This document shows positions 47,330 to 57,499 of a stretch of 59,982 nt of DNA, one piece after another; the stretch's first letter is position 1, and each line of letters begins with the position of its first letter. The position numbers and the translations under genes were made by a program. The stretch is from a virus (Duplodnaviria > Caudoviricetes). The DNA lies in IMG/VR virus record IMGVR_UViG_3300048834_000230, positions 1 to 59,982 of that record; one strand, written 5' to 3'. The notes beneath the pieces are model-generated. The model did no database searches. It was not told where the DNA came from and saw only the letters and a program-made list of their open reading frames with translations.

Positions 47330-48815
47330 TGACTATGCCCTAGACTTGGCTTATGCCCGTAGAGAAAGTGAAATCATTTCATTTGTTCTTTATACTAATT
47401 CATCCAAAACAACAGTTTATGATTTAACTGGTGCTGAAGTCCGGGCAGAAGTTCGGGTAGAAGATGGTAGCGACATTCTTCTTGATCTTAGTCCAGCTAT
47501 TTCCTCTCCAGAAACAAATGGGATAATTACAATATCTCCATATATTTCTTCTGATATCGAAGCACAAACTGCGAAGTATGATATTCTTTTGACTCTTCCA
47601 TCAGGAGAACAAATCTATATTGTTCGTGGTAACTTCCGCATTGATCCATCTATTACTGATGATAGTGGTGTTGATCCTACTCCTGTTCCAACAGGTGCTA
47701 ATCTTCAAGACTTAATCACTTCAGCCTACACTAGAGGCATTGCAAAACTACCTTTCGGTCAAACTAATATCACCGATACGGTTGTCACACTTAACGAAGC
47801 TGGTTTAGTGATTGAAGGACATGGTTCATTATGGGATTTTAACCCTAATCTCAATGGTTCTCATTCTAAAATCATGTGGGCTACAAATAACACAACTAAG
47901 CCTATGATTGATTGCCGTGGTATTCATCAATACTGGCGTAATTTTTCTCTCTGTGGTGATAATAGAAACTTACAGTATGGGGGTAAACCTACTGCTGGTA
48001 TTTTAGTATCAGATGATGCTGGTCTAGGTCCTGGTAAACATACCTTTGATAAGTTCACTATCGAAAGGTGTGTTGCTGGTATTCAAGCAGCAGAACTCAC
48101 TACAGATTCCAACTGTGATGTTAGCTCTGTACTTAATGGAAACTGGCGTCACTGTCAGAAAGCATTTTATTCTAAAGGAACACAAGTCTTAGATTGGTCT
48201 TTCTATAAGGGTCAATTCTCTAACCCTGATGAATCTGCTGGTAAGGCGGCAGTCTTTCACTATGAAGGTGGTGGTAGTCTTACTAGTACAGCCTTTGCTG
48301 TTGTCTCTACCACCCCTGTAGACGTACTACGCTTATCACAAATTCATACTGGTGGAAAAATTGGACATAATGCCAGTAGTTTTCTTATTAGCAGTCTTAA
48401 AGTAGATACCCTATCAGCAGGAACTACACTTATTAATGTCGATCAAACATCAGCAGAGTGTAATTTCATGCCTGCTACTGTTGCTTTTAATGATTGCAAA
48501 ATCTCTGGTGTTAGTGATTCTTATGCTGCTGAATCAGAATCAATGGCTATTCTTGGTGGCGGTATCCGAGTCCATTTTTACCGTACTCGTTTTGCTATAG
48601 ATATTACTGAATCTGTTATCTGGCATACATCGAATTCTGACATAGATGGTACTGAAATATGGTTTGTCAACTGTAAACTCTATGGTGTTGAAAACCCATT
48701 AGATATACTTAATATCACAAATTCAGACGGTCCCATCTTTCTACATGTAGTTGGCTGTACAAATAGCTCTAGCTACATTCCTGATTATCACGGTGTTATT
48801 GAAGGAGCTATCTAA
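47298..48815 (+). CDS. Tail spike-like protein: BppU-like N-domain plus right-handed beta-helix
   Basis: DLTG....EVR, G.I.I, YDI, G...I.P.IT; LQ..I......LP.G...I.......IEG.G pectate-lyase-like start. Confidence 0.75.
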   Translation: MAKTYTTYLGNDYALDLAYARRESEIISFVLYTNSSKTTVYDLTGAEVRAEVRVEDGSDILLDLSPAISSPETNGIITISPYISSDIEAQTAKYDILLTLPSGEQIYIVRGNFRIDPSITDDSGVDPTPVPTGANLQDLITSAYTRGIAKLPFGQTNITDTVVTLNEAGLVIEGHGSLWDFNPNLNGSHSKIMWATNNTTKPMIDCRGIHQYWRNFSLCGDNRNLQYGGKPTAGILVSDDAGLGPGKHTFDKFTIERCVAGIQAAELTTDSNCDVSSVLNGNWRHCQKAFYSKGTQVLDWSFYKGQFSNPDESAGKAAVFHYEGGGSLTSTAFAVVSTTPVDVLRLSQIHTGGKIGHNASSFLISSLKVDTLSAGTTLINVDQTSAECNFMPATVAFNDCKISGVSDSYAAESESMAILGGGIRVHFYRTRFAIDITESVIWHTSNSDIDGTEIWFVNCKLYGVENPLDILNITNSDGPIFLHVVGCTNSSSYIPDYHGVIEGAI

Positions 48816-49414
48816 TGTTTCGTACCCTTGCCCCTGCAAACAATGGTTCAATTGTTACTTACAATCAAGAAGAAGTCCTAGTTGTTGCCTCTAGTGCAAC
48901 TGCCCTAACATGGCTTTTACCTGCCGTCTCTGGTTTACTCACTGGTACAACCATTCATGTCACTAACACACTTGCTGGTACAATTACTGTCAAGGACCCT
49001 ACTAATACAACCACCCTAGGTACAGTAGTTGCTGGTTCCCTAGGTACTTTCAAACTAGCTGGTAATGCCACCTGGATAAATGCTCGTAGTGATCTAGCAG
49101 CAGAATTTGCAACTGTTACCCAATCTACATCAATTTCAACTGGTGTTACAATCAATTCTACATCAGGTGCAATTACACCACAATCATCAACTATTGCCCC
49201 TGGTGAGTCTGTTGCCTTTATTGTCACTAACAATAAAGCAATTAGTAATTACAATGTTCTAATCAATCTTGCAAATTATACTGGTACAGGTAGCCCTGTC
49301 TTGACTGCTACCCGCCTAACTAGTGGTAGTTTTGTCATTTTAATTCAGAACATACACCCTACTCTTGACGTAGAAATAGATGACACTACATCTATTCGAT
49401 TCCGCATTGTCTAA
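48815..49414 (+). CDS. Ser/Thr-rich tail fibre-like protein
   Basis: TVTQ.TS..TGVTIN...G.IT motif common in phage fibres. Confidence 0.65.
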   Translation: MFRTLAPANNGSIVTYNQEEVLVVASSATALTWLLPAVSGLLTGTTIHVTNTLAGTITVKDPTNTTTLGTVVAGSLGTFKLAGNATWINARSDLAAEFATVTQSTSISTGVTINSTSGAITPQSSTIAPGESVAFIVTNNKAISNYNVLINLANYTGTGSPVLTATRLTSGSFVILIQNIHPTLDVEIDDTTSIRFRIV

Positions 49415-49442
49415 TCCAAATCCAATTTAGTGAGATTTTACT

Positions 49443-49679
49443 ATGGCAAGACAATATAAAAATAAAGGTGGTAACTCCAGCGTTCGATCTACTCAAGCTA
49501 GCCAAGATAAAATCAAAGTGAAATTTTCAGATAATTCCACTTATGTTTATTCTAAAGAATCGGCTGGTACACGTAGAGTCAACACTATGAAGAAACTAGC
49601 TGAAGAAGGTCAAGGATTGAATTCATATATCAATCGTCGTGCCTATGAACTCTACGAATCCAAAGATCGCCCTGAATGA
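49443..49679 (+). CDS. KTSC-like small protein
   Basis: I.V.F.D...Y.Y...SAG...MK.LA..G.GLNSYIN. Confidence 0.7.
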   Translation: MARQYKNKGGNSSVRSTQASQDKIKVKFSDNSTYVYSKESAGTRRVNTMKKLAEEGQGLNSYINRRAYELYESKDRPE

Positions 49680-49689
49680 CTCACTCCCT

Positions 49690-49734
49690 GGGCAGGGTAC
49701 TTCTCTCCCCCTGATATCTCAAAGTACCCTGCCC
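49690..49734. terminator. Hairpin between convergent transcription units
   Basis: GGGCAGGGTACTT/AAGTACCCTGCCC 13-bp stem. Confidence 0.75.
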
Positions 49735-49738
49735 CTCT

Positions 49739-50422
49739 TTATGAGGGCAAGTCATCAACATTGATAACTCTTGCTGCTGGCTTAGATACTGTTGGTACTT
49801 CTGGCATACCCTTCCTAGGCTTTACCTCTAGTTTCACTTTTGCTGGTCCATCATACATATCAGCTAACTCTTGCAAACTTAGTTTGATATCAGCTGTTAT
49901 TGTTGGGTACATAACATCTCCTACTGTAGGTAATTTTGGAATCAAAGGTCTTCTAATTACAAACATCTTATCATAGGGTAAATCACCTGCAAAACTAGAT
50001 ATGTTCATAATACCCTCATGGACCCATAAATAATACTCTTCACTCTCTGTATTAGTGTAGGCAACAATACGTTCTAATCTGTAACTTTCTATTTGAAAGT
50101 AATCCCTCTTATATGGTTTCTTACCATATGGCAAACTATAGTCTGTTACTGATCTAGCCCTATCTACCCTTAATACTTTTTTCTCCCAAATCATAGCATC
50201 AACAACTATCTCTTCCCCACTTCGACTACCCCCAAACAGAATAGTTTTGTATGCTGTCTTCGCTCGTTTTACATACGGACAAATCTCTACATAGTATTCA
50301 TCCCCGATCATACGTGCATCTGCAAGCTGATCCTGATAATCCCTAACATCCATACCACAAAGCCTACAGGTACGATCTAAACGAAACTTATGCCCATGAG
50401 TTGCCATGTTACTCCCGCTCAT
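49739..50422 (-). CDS. Hypothetical protein, N-terminal H-C-C-C Zn motif
   Basis: H.F...C..CG...CP; FGG..SG. Confidence 0.65.
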   Translation of the reverse strand: MSGSNMATHGHKFRLDRTCRLCGMDVRDYQDQLADARMIGDEYYVEICPYVKRAKTAYKTILFGGSRSGEEIVVDAMIWEKKVLRVDRARSVTDYSLPYGKKPYKRDYFQIESYRLERIVAYTNTESEEYYLWVHEGIMNISSFAGDLPYDKMFVIRRPLIPKLPTVGDVMYPTITADIKLSLQELADMYDGPAKVKLEVKPRKGMPEVPTVSKPAARVINVDDLPS

Positions 50423-51885
50423 GCTACTACTCCCTTAACTACCTGTGCCATGTCAACCAACTGCCACTTCAAGTTATCAACCATTCTCTGTTGAACTAGT
50501 TCATTCTTATTAGGACAGAAATGGTGCCTTGGATACCACTCATCAAATACGCTTGCATGTTCCTCTACTCCCAAACTAAAAGCTAATTCCGTTAAACGGT
50601 TATCAAGTCTACGCCACCCTGTTACCCGCTGAATCTCTTTCTGATCCATAGGCCCCTTTAAGTAGCACAATGTTTGCCTACTCTTGAACCTTATAGTTTC
50701 TTCCCCAGAAAAAGTATCGGAATACAAGAATTCTCTTTTCTTCAAAGTAGAGATAATTTCACGATCTGCTAGGTTAATAGCCTGTGAAACTTTCTTTCTA
50801 TCTAAATCAGTTTTGAGTAGCCCTGTGATCCATGTTCCTACATTGCTCAATGCCTTGTAGTCGATATCACCTGGATTCTGCGTACTCAAGACAATGCCGA
50901 GTCCAAACGCTCTAGCCTGTTTGATAAGCGTAAGTAGCAATTGCTTTGTCACTGGATTACTGATTGCCGGTATCAATCCTTGGCATTCATCAATGTAAAG
51001 CAATGCTTTCAATTCGTGGCTAGCTGGTTGTGTCTTAACCCAAGTTAGAATCTTACTGAAGAGAATCCCTAGAAAGAACTGTTGTTCCTCTGGTAATAGC
51101 TGTACTGTGTTGAGAATTGAACAGCAGGGAACTCCCCCACCATTCCGAAACAACTTACCTACATCTAGCGTAGGTTTAGATTGCCACTTCTTGAATGCAA
51201 AACTATTGCTCAATGTTTCCAATCTCTTCTGTAGTAGTTTCGTATCATGCTTGTATAGGTCATCACCTACTTCCAAGTAGCTACTGATAAGTTCCGGGGT
51301 AGCTGACTTATTACCTTCCCAACATGCCCAAATTGCCCGTTCTAACAAAACCTTATGGTCCCCTGTAGGCCCTGATTTTAGCCCTAGAATCGACAGCAAG
51401 GAACTCGCCAAAGCGGAAGCCTCATTTAGTCTCTCTAGCCCTGAATTGGGCAGGTTTTCCCCACCAAACAAGCCGAGAACCATACCCGTATCCCCTACCC
51501 CTGGAGTGTAGAGCCTGATATCGGTAGTCCCTAGAATCCTCTCCCCCAAATGATGGGGCAATCCCCATTCCCTGTGACAGTCTTTAGTTGCCTGTGCTAG
51601 AGCCTCATGGATAGCGGGAATATCCATAGCATTAGACCCATCAAACGCTTTGAATTCCTCACTACCAAACTCTGTAGGCATATAGAGTAAATTACCTATA
51701 TCACCTTTAGGGTCGATAGCGATAATAGGTATTCCATTGAGTAGACAAGACTCTAAGATAGAAATACCTAACCCTGTCTTACCGCTCCCGGTACTCCCTA
51801 CAATCACACAATGCCTAGTCAAGTTATCTAGTGCAAAATTAGGATTGCCTTGTTCACCCTTACCAATGTAAGCATGTCTTGTCAT
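50419..51885 (-). CDS. HerA/FtsK-like (DUF87/DUF853) ATPase
   Basis: TRH..IVGSTGSGKT, IDPKGD, YIDE, KQARAFG, STQNP.D.DYK. Confidence 0.9.
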   Translation of the reverse strand: MTRHAYIGKGEQGNPNFALDNLTRHCVIVGSTGSGKTGLGISILESCLLNGIPIIAIDPKGDIGNLLYMPTEFGSEEFKAFDGSNAMDIPAIHEALAQATKDCHREWGLPHHLGERILGTTDIRLYTPGVGDTGMVLGLFGGENLPNSGLERLNEASALASSLLSILGLKSGPTGDHKVLLERAIWACWEGNKSATPELISSYLEVGDDLYKHDTKLLQKRLETLSNSFAFKKWQSKPTLDVGKLFRNGGGVPCCSILNTVQLLPEEQQFFLGILFSKILTWVKTQPASHELKALLYIDECQGLIPAISNPVTKQLLLTLIKQARAFGLGIVLSTQNPGDIDYKALSNVGTWITGLLKTDLDRKKVSQAINLADREIISTLKKREFLYSDTFSGEETIRFKSRQTLCYLKGPMDQKEIQRVTGWRRLDNRLTELAFSLGVEEHASVFDEWYPRHHFCPNKNELVQQRMVDNLKWQLVDMAQVVKGVVA

Positions 51886-52021
51886 TTCTTATTCTCCCAA
51901 ACTGTAGGTACTACCACAGTTAAAACTAGAACTTTAATAATTACATATTTGTCTGTTGGATTAACAATGTAGTCGGCAACTGTTATCCCCCATATCAATA
52001 GTAACCATAAAAATAATCTAT

Positions 52022-52456
52022 TCATATCCAAATCCCCACTTTGTTAAGTAGCTTGCGTACTAAGCTTTTCTGTTCTGGTTGTTTCTCTTCAATTTCATAT
52101 TCAAACACATTCTTATTCGGCAATGGTTCTGGTGAGTATCTACGAATAATCTCACTCATACGCTGATCTTCTTTCAATGGCTCTGGTACGTTCAATGCTG
52201 CCCAAGCTTCATCAGTCGTATCAATCTGAATATCATTAATCTGCTTTCTCTCTTCCCCCTTTAGTTCTCTCTGCTTCCGTTTCACCAAACTATACATAGC
52301 TACCTTGAAATTGTATCTATGATTGTCGGTAACATTCTTGTAGAGAATGTTATACATCAATGCCGCTCCCAAGATATCTTTATCTATCCCTGTGCATTGA
52401 CCTACCTGTTTAATAAACATCAGCTTATCTAAATCCATTTTTATCCTCTCTTCCAT
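52022..52456 (-). CDS. Hypothetical protein
   Basis: ORF in the early block. Confidence 0.65.
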   Translation of the reverse strand: MEERIKMDLDKLMFIKQVGQCTGIDKDILGAALMYNILYKNVTDNHRYNFKVAMYSLVKRKQRELKGEERKQINDIQIDTTDEAWAALNVPEPLKEDQRMSEIIRRYSPEPLPNKNVFEYEIEEKQPEQKSLVRKLLNKVGIWI

Positions 52457-52689
52457 TTTTCAGTATCATCATCATCATGACCGTTAATTCGTTCAAACAA
52501 ATTATGTAATGTCATCGCATGATGATTGTTTGCTTGAACTAACATATCAAGCTGTTGGCAATGATCGCCCGTATGGCTGATAACACTATTCAATTTGTTT
52601 TGCATCAAACAAACCATCACAGTTAATCCCATGATCGCCACTGACTGCCCTACCATCACAACTAACAGAACTGTTTCGACGGTACTCAT
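52441..52689 (-). CDS. Small membrane protein
   Basis: N-terminal TM. Confidence 0.65.
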   Translation of the reverse strand: MSTVETVLLVVMVGQSVAIMGLTVMVCLMQNKLNSVISHTGDHCQQLDMLVQANNHHAMTLHNLFERINGHDDDDTEKWKRG

Positions 52690-52928
52690 ACTGATATCCT
52701 TTCCTTGAACTCGGCAATACTATCGGCCACACTTCTAAAACACTCTTCCAAGTTCTCTAGTGTTTCCTTATCTGTCATGTCTTGAACTGTTACCACCTTG
52801 ATCTGTAGAGTCACAGTCGGCGTCATACCAAGCCTGTACCGATAGGCCCCATCAATCTCAATTCCTTCCGCCTTGTTCTCTAGTTCTTCTTCCAGAAAAG
52901 AACACAAATCATTAATTGTTCCACTCAC
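52686..52928 (-). CDS. Hypothetical acidic protein
   Basis: Overlapping operon ORF. Confidence 0.6.
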   Translation of the reverse strand: MSGTINDLCSFLEEELENKAEGIEIDGAYRYRLGMTPTVTLQIKVVTVQDMTDKETLENLEECFRSVADSIAEFKERISV

Positions 52929-53113
52929 TTTGTAACTCCTACTTGGTATGGGTATTTCACAGTATCACCTTCAGTTAAACGACACTTAATGTTTTCAAAT
53001 TTACCACACTCTGGACAAGTATGCTTTTCTGTAAATGGTTCTGCCCGATCTTCGTGTTCCCAAATTGCTTGGCATTTCTCACATTTATGATAGTGCGTTT
53101 TAACTTCTTTCAT
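52925..53113 (-). CDS. Zn-ribbon protein
   Basis: CEKC...CPECG. Confidence 0.65.
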   Translation of the reverse strand: MKEVKTHYHKCEKCQAIWEHEDRAEPFTEKHTCPECGKFENIKCRLTEGDTVKYPYQVGVTK

Positions 53114-53121
53114 AACTCCCT

Positions 53122-53439
53122 CTAGTTATTTGTTCCTGTTTGTTTGGCTTGATTCTCTCGATACTCTTTCAAGCGAACTCGGCTATCCTCTTGCATATGG
53201 TTCATCAATGTTAGCAACATACTAGCTTGAACCAAAGCATCAATGATATTTCTCGGCTTTTTATTAGCAATAGAAACTCCTAATTCCTCAATTACATGCA
53301 TAGGTATTTTACTTAGAATTTCTTGTACTGCATTTTGTTGTCCTGCAATATCAGCATCCATACGTTCGATTAGCTGTTCTGGTGTAATCGCATCACCTGT
53401 TTCTGGATCAATAATCGGTTTTTCAAAATTAAATCGCAT
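53122..53439 (-). CDS. Hypothetical protein
   Basis: AAGG RBS. Confidence 0.65.
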   Translation of the reverse strand: MRFNFEKPIIDPETGDAITPEQLIERMDADIAGQQNAVQEILSKIPMHVIEELGVSIANKKPRNIIDALVQASMLLTLMNHMQEDSRVRLKEYRENQAKQTGTNN

Positions 53440-53763
53440 TAGATAACCTTTCTATCTGCCATGATTCCGTATTTCCAACAATCCCACCAACACTCTACAT
53501 CTTCCCAATGTTTTGGTTCTAGTTTACTCCATTCACCGATACCATTGTCTCGGCAATACCTTATGAATTTAGGCCAACTAAATTCATGTTTTTCATTTTC
53601 ATCAGGCATTTTGTTTTCTCCTTGTTTTGATTTTCCTTGCCTTGTTTCTAAATAACTTCGCTGCTACATAGTCTCCTCTCTTGTCTGCCATTACTGCCAT
53701 AAACCTGTAATACCCTGCTGTCTTAGTATGTCCGTTCCACACTGTTGAATCTCCTATTCTGAA

Positions 53764-53958
53764 TTAGTTTATATCACTCTTGATTCTTCTTATAATCTCC
53801 TGATTGATTGTTATCGAGACAGATAGATAAGTAATCAAACAAGTAGGACTCTTGCAATTAAACGCTGTTGGGGTATCTGCACTTGTATGATATAAAGTCA
53901 TCAACTCTAGCTCTAATAGGCTACCTAGTGTTTCTAATAACTTTCCTATCTGCTTCAT
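53764..53958 (-). CDS. Hypothetical protein
   Basis: Short ORF on the block strand. Confidence 0.4.
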   Translation of the reverse strand: MKQIGKLLETLGSLLELELMTLYHTSADTPTAFNCKSPTCLITYLSVSITINQEIIRRIKSDIN

Positions 53959-54052
53959 ATTGTCCGCAGTAATCCTTCTAGTGCTTTCTCACTTCTAGGT
54001 AGCTTGAAGTTATTCTTCACCTTATCTAACATTTCACGTAGTTCGCTATACA

Positions 54053-54277
54053 TTATTTCTTGTCCTCATTACCTGGAATTGTGTTAAGTTTATTGTACTC
54101 TTCAATAAACAAATCAGCCGCATCATAGGCCCATTTTACTGTACGGGGTGTAACATCCAATTCAGCATCACTGACTGCATTTGATACCAATTGAATTGTA
54201 ATGAACTGGTGGCAAGTTAATCCTTGTGTAGTAAATGGACTAGAACAAGGAAAGGCTGGCATATGTCCTTTAATCAT
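54053..54277 (-). CDS. Phage hypothetical protein
   Basis: PAFP...GLT...AY..AD..I pattern common in phage early proteins. Confidence 0.7.
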   Translation of the reverse strand: MIKGHMPAFPCSSPFTTQGLTCHQFITIQLVSNAVSDAELDVTPRTVKWAYDAADLFIEEYNKLNTIPGNEDKK

Positions 54278-54471
54278 TATTTCTTGTCCTTATTGATATA
54301 GGCATTAAGTCCCACAATAATCGGCTTCCCATTGTAACTAGCCGTAGTTGGTACATTTCCATTACTGGATGCAACTACGATAGTCTTGCCGCTCTTGCTA
54401 TCCCGCTCACTCATCGGAACACGAATAACCAATTCTTGATTCTTACCCTTACCTTCAACTGATACCAACAT
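54277..54471 (-). CDS. Small conserved beta protein
   Basis: SKSGKT.VVASS.GN...GLNAY; CAGGAG RBS. Confidence 0.75.
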   Translation of the reverse strand: MLVSVEGKGKNQELVIRVPMSERDSKSGKTIVVASSNGNVPTTASYNGKPIIVGLNAYINKDKK

Positions 54472-54681
54472 AATAAAATCTCCTGTTTGAAACTGTTAAA
54501 ACTACACTAGATAGAAACACTCTATCTTTTATACTCGATATGCTTGTTCATAAATTGTATTGCCTGGGCTAGTCTGATCGTAGATTGTATGGTTCTCTTC
54601 AATGCGATATATGTTAGCCAATTTGATACGCACAATCCAAGGATGCAAATGAACTGGGTATTATTAATCATTTTGTTCCCC

Positions 54682-54936
54682 TTAAAGCTTTGCCAAACAA
54701 TCAGAACAGATATCTAAATGGACGATAGCTCCTTTACTATCAATCCCATGCCCATCATAGATATCATCCCGCATTAAGCCCCCTGGATTGCCGCATAAAT
54801 CGCAATTGTAGCCAATGCTAGGTTCATTGGCTGGCTCACTCTGTTCTATCTCTAATCGAGTCATTCCATAGAGTGATTGACAGTCTTTGCAGCTAGAGAT
54901 AATCCCACAACTGATATGGTTATATTCGGTAGTCAT
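54682..54936 (-). CDS. Cys-rich Zn-binding protein
   Basis: C..C, CDLCG, IC.DC. Confidence 0.65.
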   Translation of the reverse strand: MTTEYNHISCGIISSCKDCQSLYGMTRLEIEQSEPANEPSIGYNCDLCGNPGGLMRDDIYDGHGIDSKGAIVHLDICSDCLAKL

Positions 54937-55093
54937 TGTCTGATTTTCCTTGTCTAAATTGTTTGCTTGTCTATTGGTTAAAATTCATCATGTAACCAAT
55001 CAACCATGATTGTAACGATACACCAAAACCCTATCAATACTATAACAAGCTTTTCTAGTGGTTTCATATTATCCCAATCTAGTTTCATTTTGT

Positions 55094-55372
55094 TTACACC
55101 TCTAAACCTTGCAGTACGATCAAAGCCGCATCAATAGGATTATCAGAAGGACCATGCGAAACTATCTTACCATCTATTCCATCTTGCTTCGCTTCACAAT
55201 ACCAATTACCTTCAACGTCCTTGCTATAGGTAAAATCACCCTTAGCTGATTTCCATATGATTGTTTCTAATTGACTCATTCTTGCATTAGCCTGCAATTG
55301 CAAGGTAATTGAATCAGCTATTGATTGCCGATATCTCTCAACTGTTTTAACCAGATTTTCAGTTAGTGGCAT
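55094..55372 (-). CDS. Hypothetical protein
   Basis: GGGAG RBS. Confidence 0.65.
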   Translation of the reverse strand: MPLTENLVKTVERYRQSIADSITLQLQANARMSQLETIIWKSAKGDFTYSKDVEGNWYCEAKQDGIDGKIVSHGPSDNPIDAALIVLQGLEV

Positions 55373-55449
55373 GGTTTATTCTCCCAGAAAAAAAATTGTC
55401 CTGATTGGTTATACCCATTCAATGCAAAGCGTACTCAAAATAGAACTAT

Positions 55450-56034
55450 CTAAACTAGTTTTCCCCATTTTGTGAATTCCATCATGCCATCTTTGGCATA
55501 CTCTGCAATTGTCTCTTCTGTAGTGATATCGTCATAATATGTCTCTAGCTTGCGATAGAATTCCTTGCATTTAGACAGTCGCCAAGCTTCGATTGTCTGC
55601 TGTAAGTTCTTAGCATATTCCCAGAATTGGGAAGAATAACTCTCATCATGGTATCCGCTAATTGATACCACAGAATTCACTGTCTTTTCGTGGCAATACA
55701 GAGAAGAAGTTCTATTAAAAATTATTTCAACAGAATTAGGGAATAGTGCGAACCAATTATCTCGATAATCACTAGGGATTGTCTTGATAAACTTTTCCAA
55801 GTTCTCTACTTGTCCCGTGAATGATAATCCATCCCCTTGTGACCAGAAGCCCGAATAACTTATTTGTGGATTATCTATGCCGCATTCCTCTAGGCATTCT
55901 TTAATTTCTTCCATAATTGGCGAATCCCAACCATATCCCCCTATAATTTCAACTAGCTTGTCTCGTGCCGTATCTTTAGCTTGTCCCTCTAGTTCGTGAT
56001 ACGCGTACACTGTGATTGTCTTTTGCTTTGGCAT
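55450..56034 (-). CDS. Conserved phage/plasmid early protein (family often labelled antitoxin of TA stability system)
   Basis: VY...EL...AK..AR; YSGFWSQGDG.SF; Y.H. Confidence 0.7.
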   Translation of the reverse strand: MPKQKTITVYAYHELEGQAKDTARDKLVEIIGGYGWDSPIMEEIKECLEECGIDNPQISYSGFWSQGDGLSFTGQVENLEKFIKTIPSDYRDNWFALFPNSVEIIFNRTSSLYCHEKTVNSVVSISGYHDESYSSQFWEYAKNLQQTIEAWRLSKCKEFYRKLETYYDDITTEETIAEYAKDGMMEFTKWGKLV

Positions 56035-56086
56035 GATATGTCCCTTTAATCTGAATTATGATTAGAATTAAACTAGATAGAAACTA

Positions 56087-56398
56087 TCAATCTAGTTCTA
56101 ACTTGTCCCAACAATTGTGTTTTGTGTCTTGTGACAGATAGGTGGTTTCCCCTCTCGTTGTGTCGATAATCGTATCAATCAGCATAACAGCTACTTTCCC
56201 CCCCTTTATGTCTCCAATTACTAAACTGCTATATGTCCATTTTAGTTGTCTCGCCAATAGTGCAATCGCTCTATAATGGATATAACTATCATCACTACCA
56301 TATGGAATTGTTACGCTTGCCCCCCTGCTCGCAGTAGCCTTGATTCTGCTAGGTGTCCTGTCGGTAGCTGGAATATATTTTGTCTGGATTGTTTGCAT
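56087..56398 (-). CDS. Conserved phage early hypothetical protein
   Basis: IQTKY..AT....SRIKA. Confidence 0.7.
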   Translation of the reverse strand: MQTIQTKYIPATDRTPSRIKATASRGASVTIPYGSDDSYIHYRAIALLARQLKWTYSSLVIGDIKGGKVAVMLIDTIIDTTRGETTYLSQDTKHNCWDKLELD

Positions 56399-56450
56399 AG
56401 TATTCCCTTATTAAAAACTGAATTAGATAAAATTGATTAAGCTTGTTTGC

Positions 56451-56804
56451 CTAGTCATTCCAACGTAATCCAATATGATAGAAAATGTTTTCACTGTCTG
56501 CTGCTACTTCCGTAAGCTTGACCAGTTTAGCATTCTCAAAATCAGGATACTTATTAAGAATGTCCCGTTCTAATGCTTCCCAATCAGTTCTGTATTCTGT
56601 TAGCTGACTAGCATTCTCTAAACAATCGTCTAATGCCTCTCTAGCGTCAGAACCTATTCCATAACAGCTATTTTGGTAAATTGTTCCACAATTGCCGAAT
56701 CCTTGAAAGTATTGACTATGTTCAACACCGATATCAACTAGTTCAAAATCGGTAATCTGATTTGTAAATTGTCCCTTGTCATTCCGCCGAATTTTAGCAG
56801 ACAT
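56451..56804 (-). CDS. Hypothetical early protein
   Basis: G.EHSQYFQG.G...GIG....EAL.D. Confidence 0.7.
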   Translation of the reverse strand: MSAKIRRNDKGQFTNQITDFELVDIGVEHSQYFQGFGNCGTIYQNSCYGIGSDAREALDDCLENASQLTEYRTDWEALERDILNKYPDFENAKLVKLTEVAADSENIFYHIGLRWND

Positions 56805-56838
56805 AGCATATCCTCTATATTAAATTGATTGTTTGCCA

Positions 56839-57090
56839 CTAATTGTTCGCTGCTGCTGTTTCTCTAGTCCTGATATCGCGTTCTACGATAGCGATATCCG
56901 CTTTCAATAGCTGAAGAATCACACAAGCATTGATAAAATCAGAACAGGGGTTTTCTATTAGTGTAGCTTGAATGACTAGAGAACTTGCCATTAATTCTTC
57001 AGTATCCATATTCTTTATATGGTTTTGAACTTGTGATTCTGTTGCCTCTCGCAATTGCCGTAGCTGTTCTAGTCTCGTTTTTATCGACAT
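56839..57090 (-). CDS. Hypothetical protein
   Basis: AGGTG RBS. Confidence 0.6.
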   Translation of the reverse strand: MSIKTRLEQLRQLREATESQVQNHIKNMDTEELMASSLVIQATLIENPCSDFINACVILQLLKADIAIVERDIRTRETAAANN

Positions 57091-57132
57091 AGTATCACCT
57101 GATTTGGTTGATTGTGATTGATCGTATATTAA

Positions 57133-57177
57133 GAACCTCTAGCGATTATGACACAATCAGGGAACCGCTAGAGGTTC
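57133..57177 (-). other. Intergenic RNA hairpin (15-bp stem with one G-U on the minus strand)
   Basis: GAACCTCTAGCG...CGCTAGAGGTTC. Confidence 0.7.
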
Positions 57178-57192
57178 GCACAAGGTAAAGGA

Positions 57193-57465
57193 TTACGGCT
57201 GGCGACCACCACAAATAGTGCAAATACCCCCAGCATAGGGACCAATTGAACAGACTCCTCTCTCCTGCAATTCAAGTTCTGCTTGAACTTCTTGAATCAT
57301 AGCTTCCAATTGTGCGGCAACAGTATTGAGCGTTTCCTGTTCTGTTGTTTGGTCGATACCAATAATGTATTGAGTATTAATCCCTATCTGATTCGCGTAG
57401 TCCAGTAAGTGAGTCACTGATTCTAGTGATTGTCCGAATTGCTGATTTTGCTTGAACGTGAACAT
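57193..57465 (-). CDS. Hypothetical protein
   Basis: CTAGCACAAGGAA leader. Confidence 0.65.
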   Translation of the reverse strand: MFTFKQNQQFGQSLESVTHLLDYANQIGINTQYIIGIDQTTEQETLNTVAAQLEAMIQEVQAELELQERGVCSIGPYAGGICTICGGRQP

Positions 57466-57499
57466 AGTATTTTCCTTGTGCTAGAGGGGAGAGAATAAA

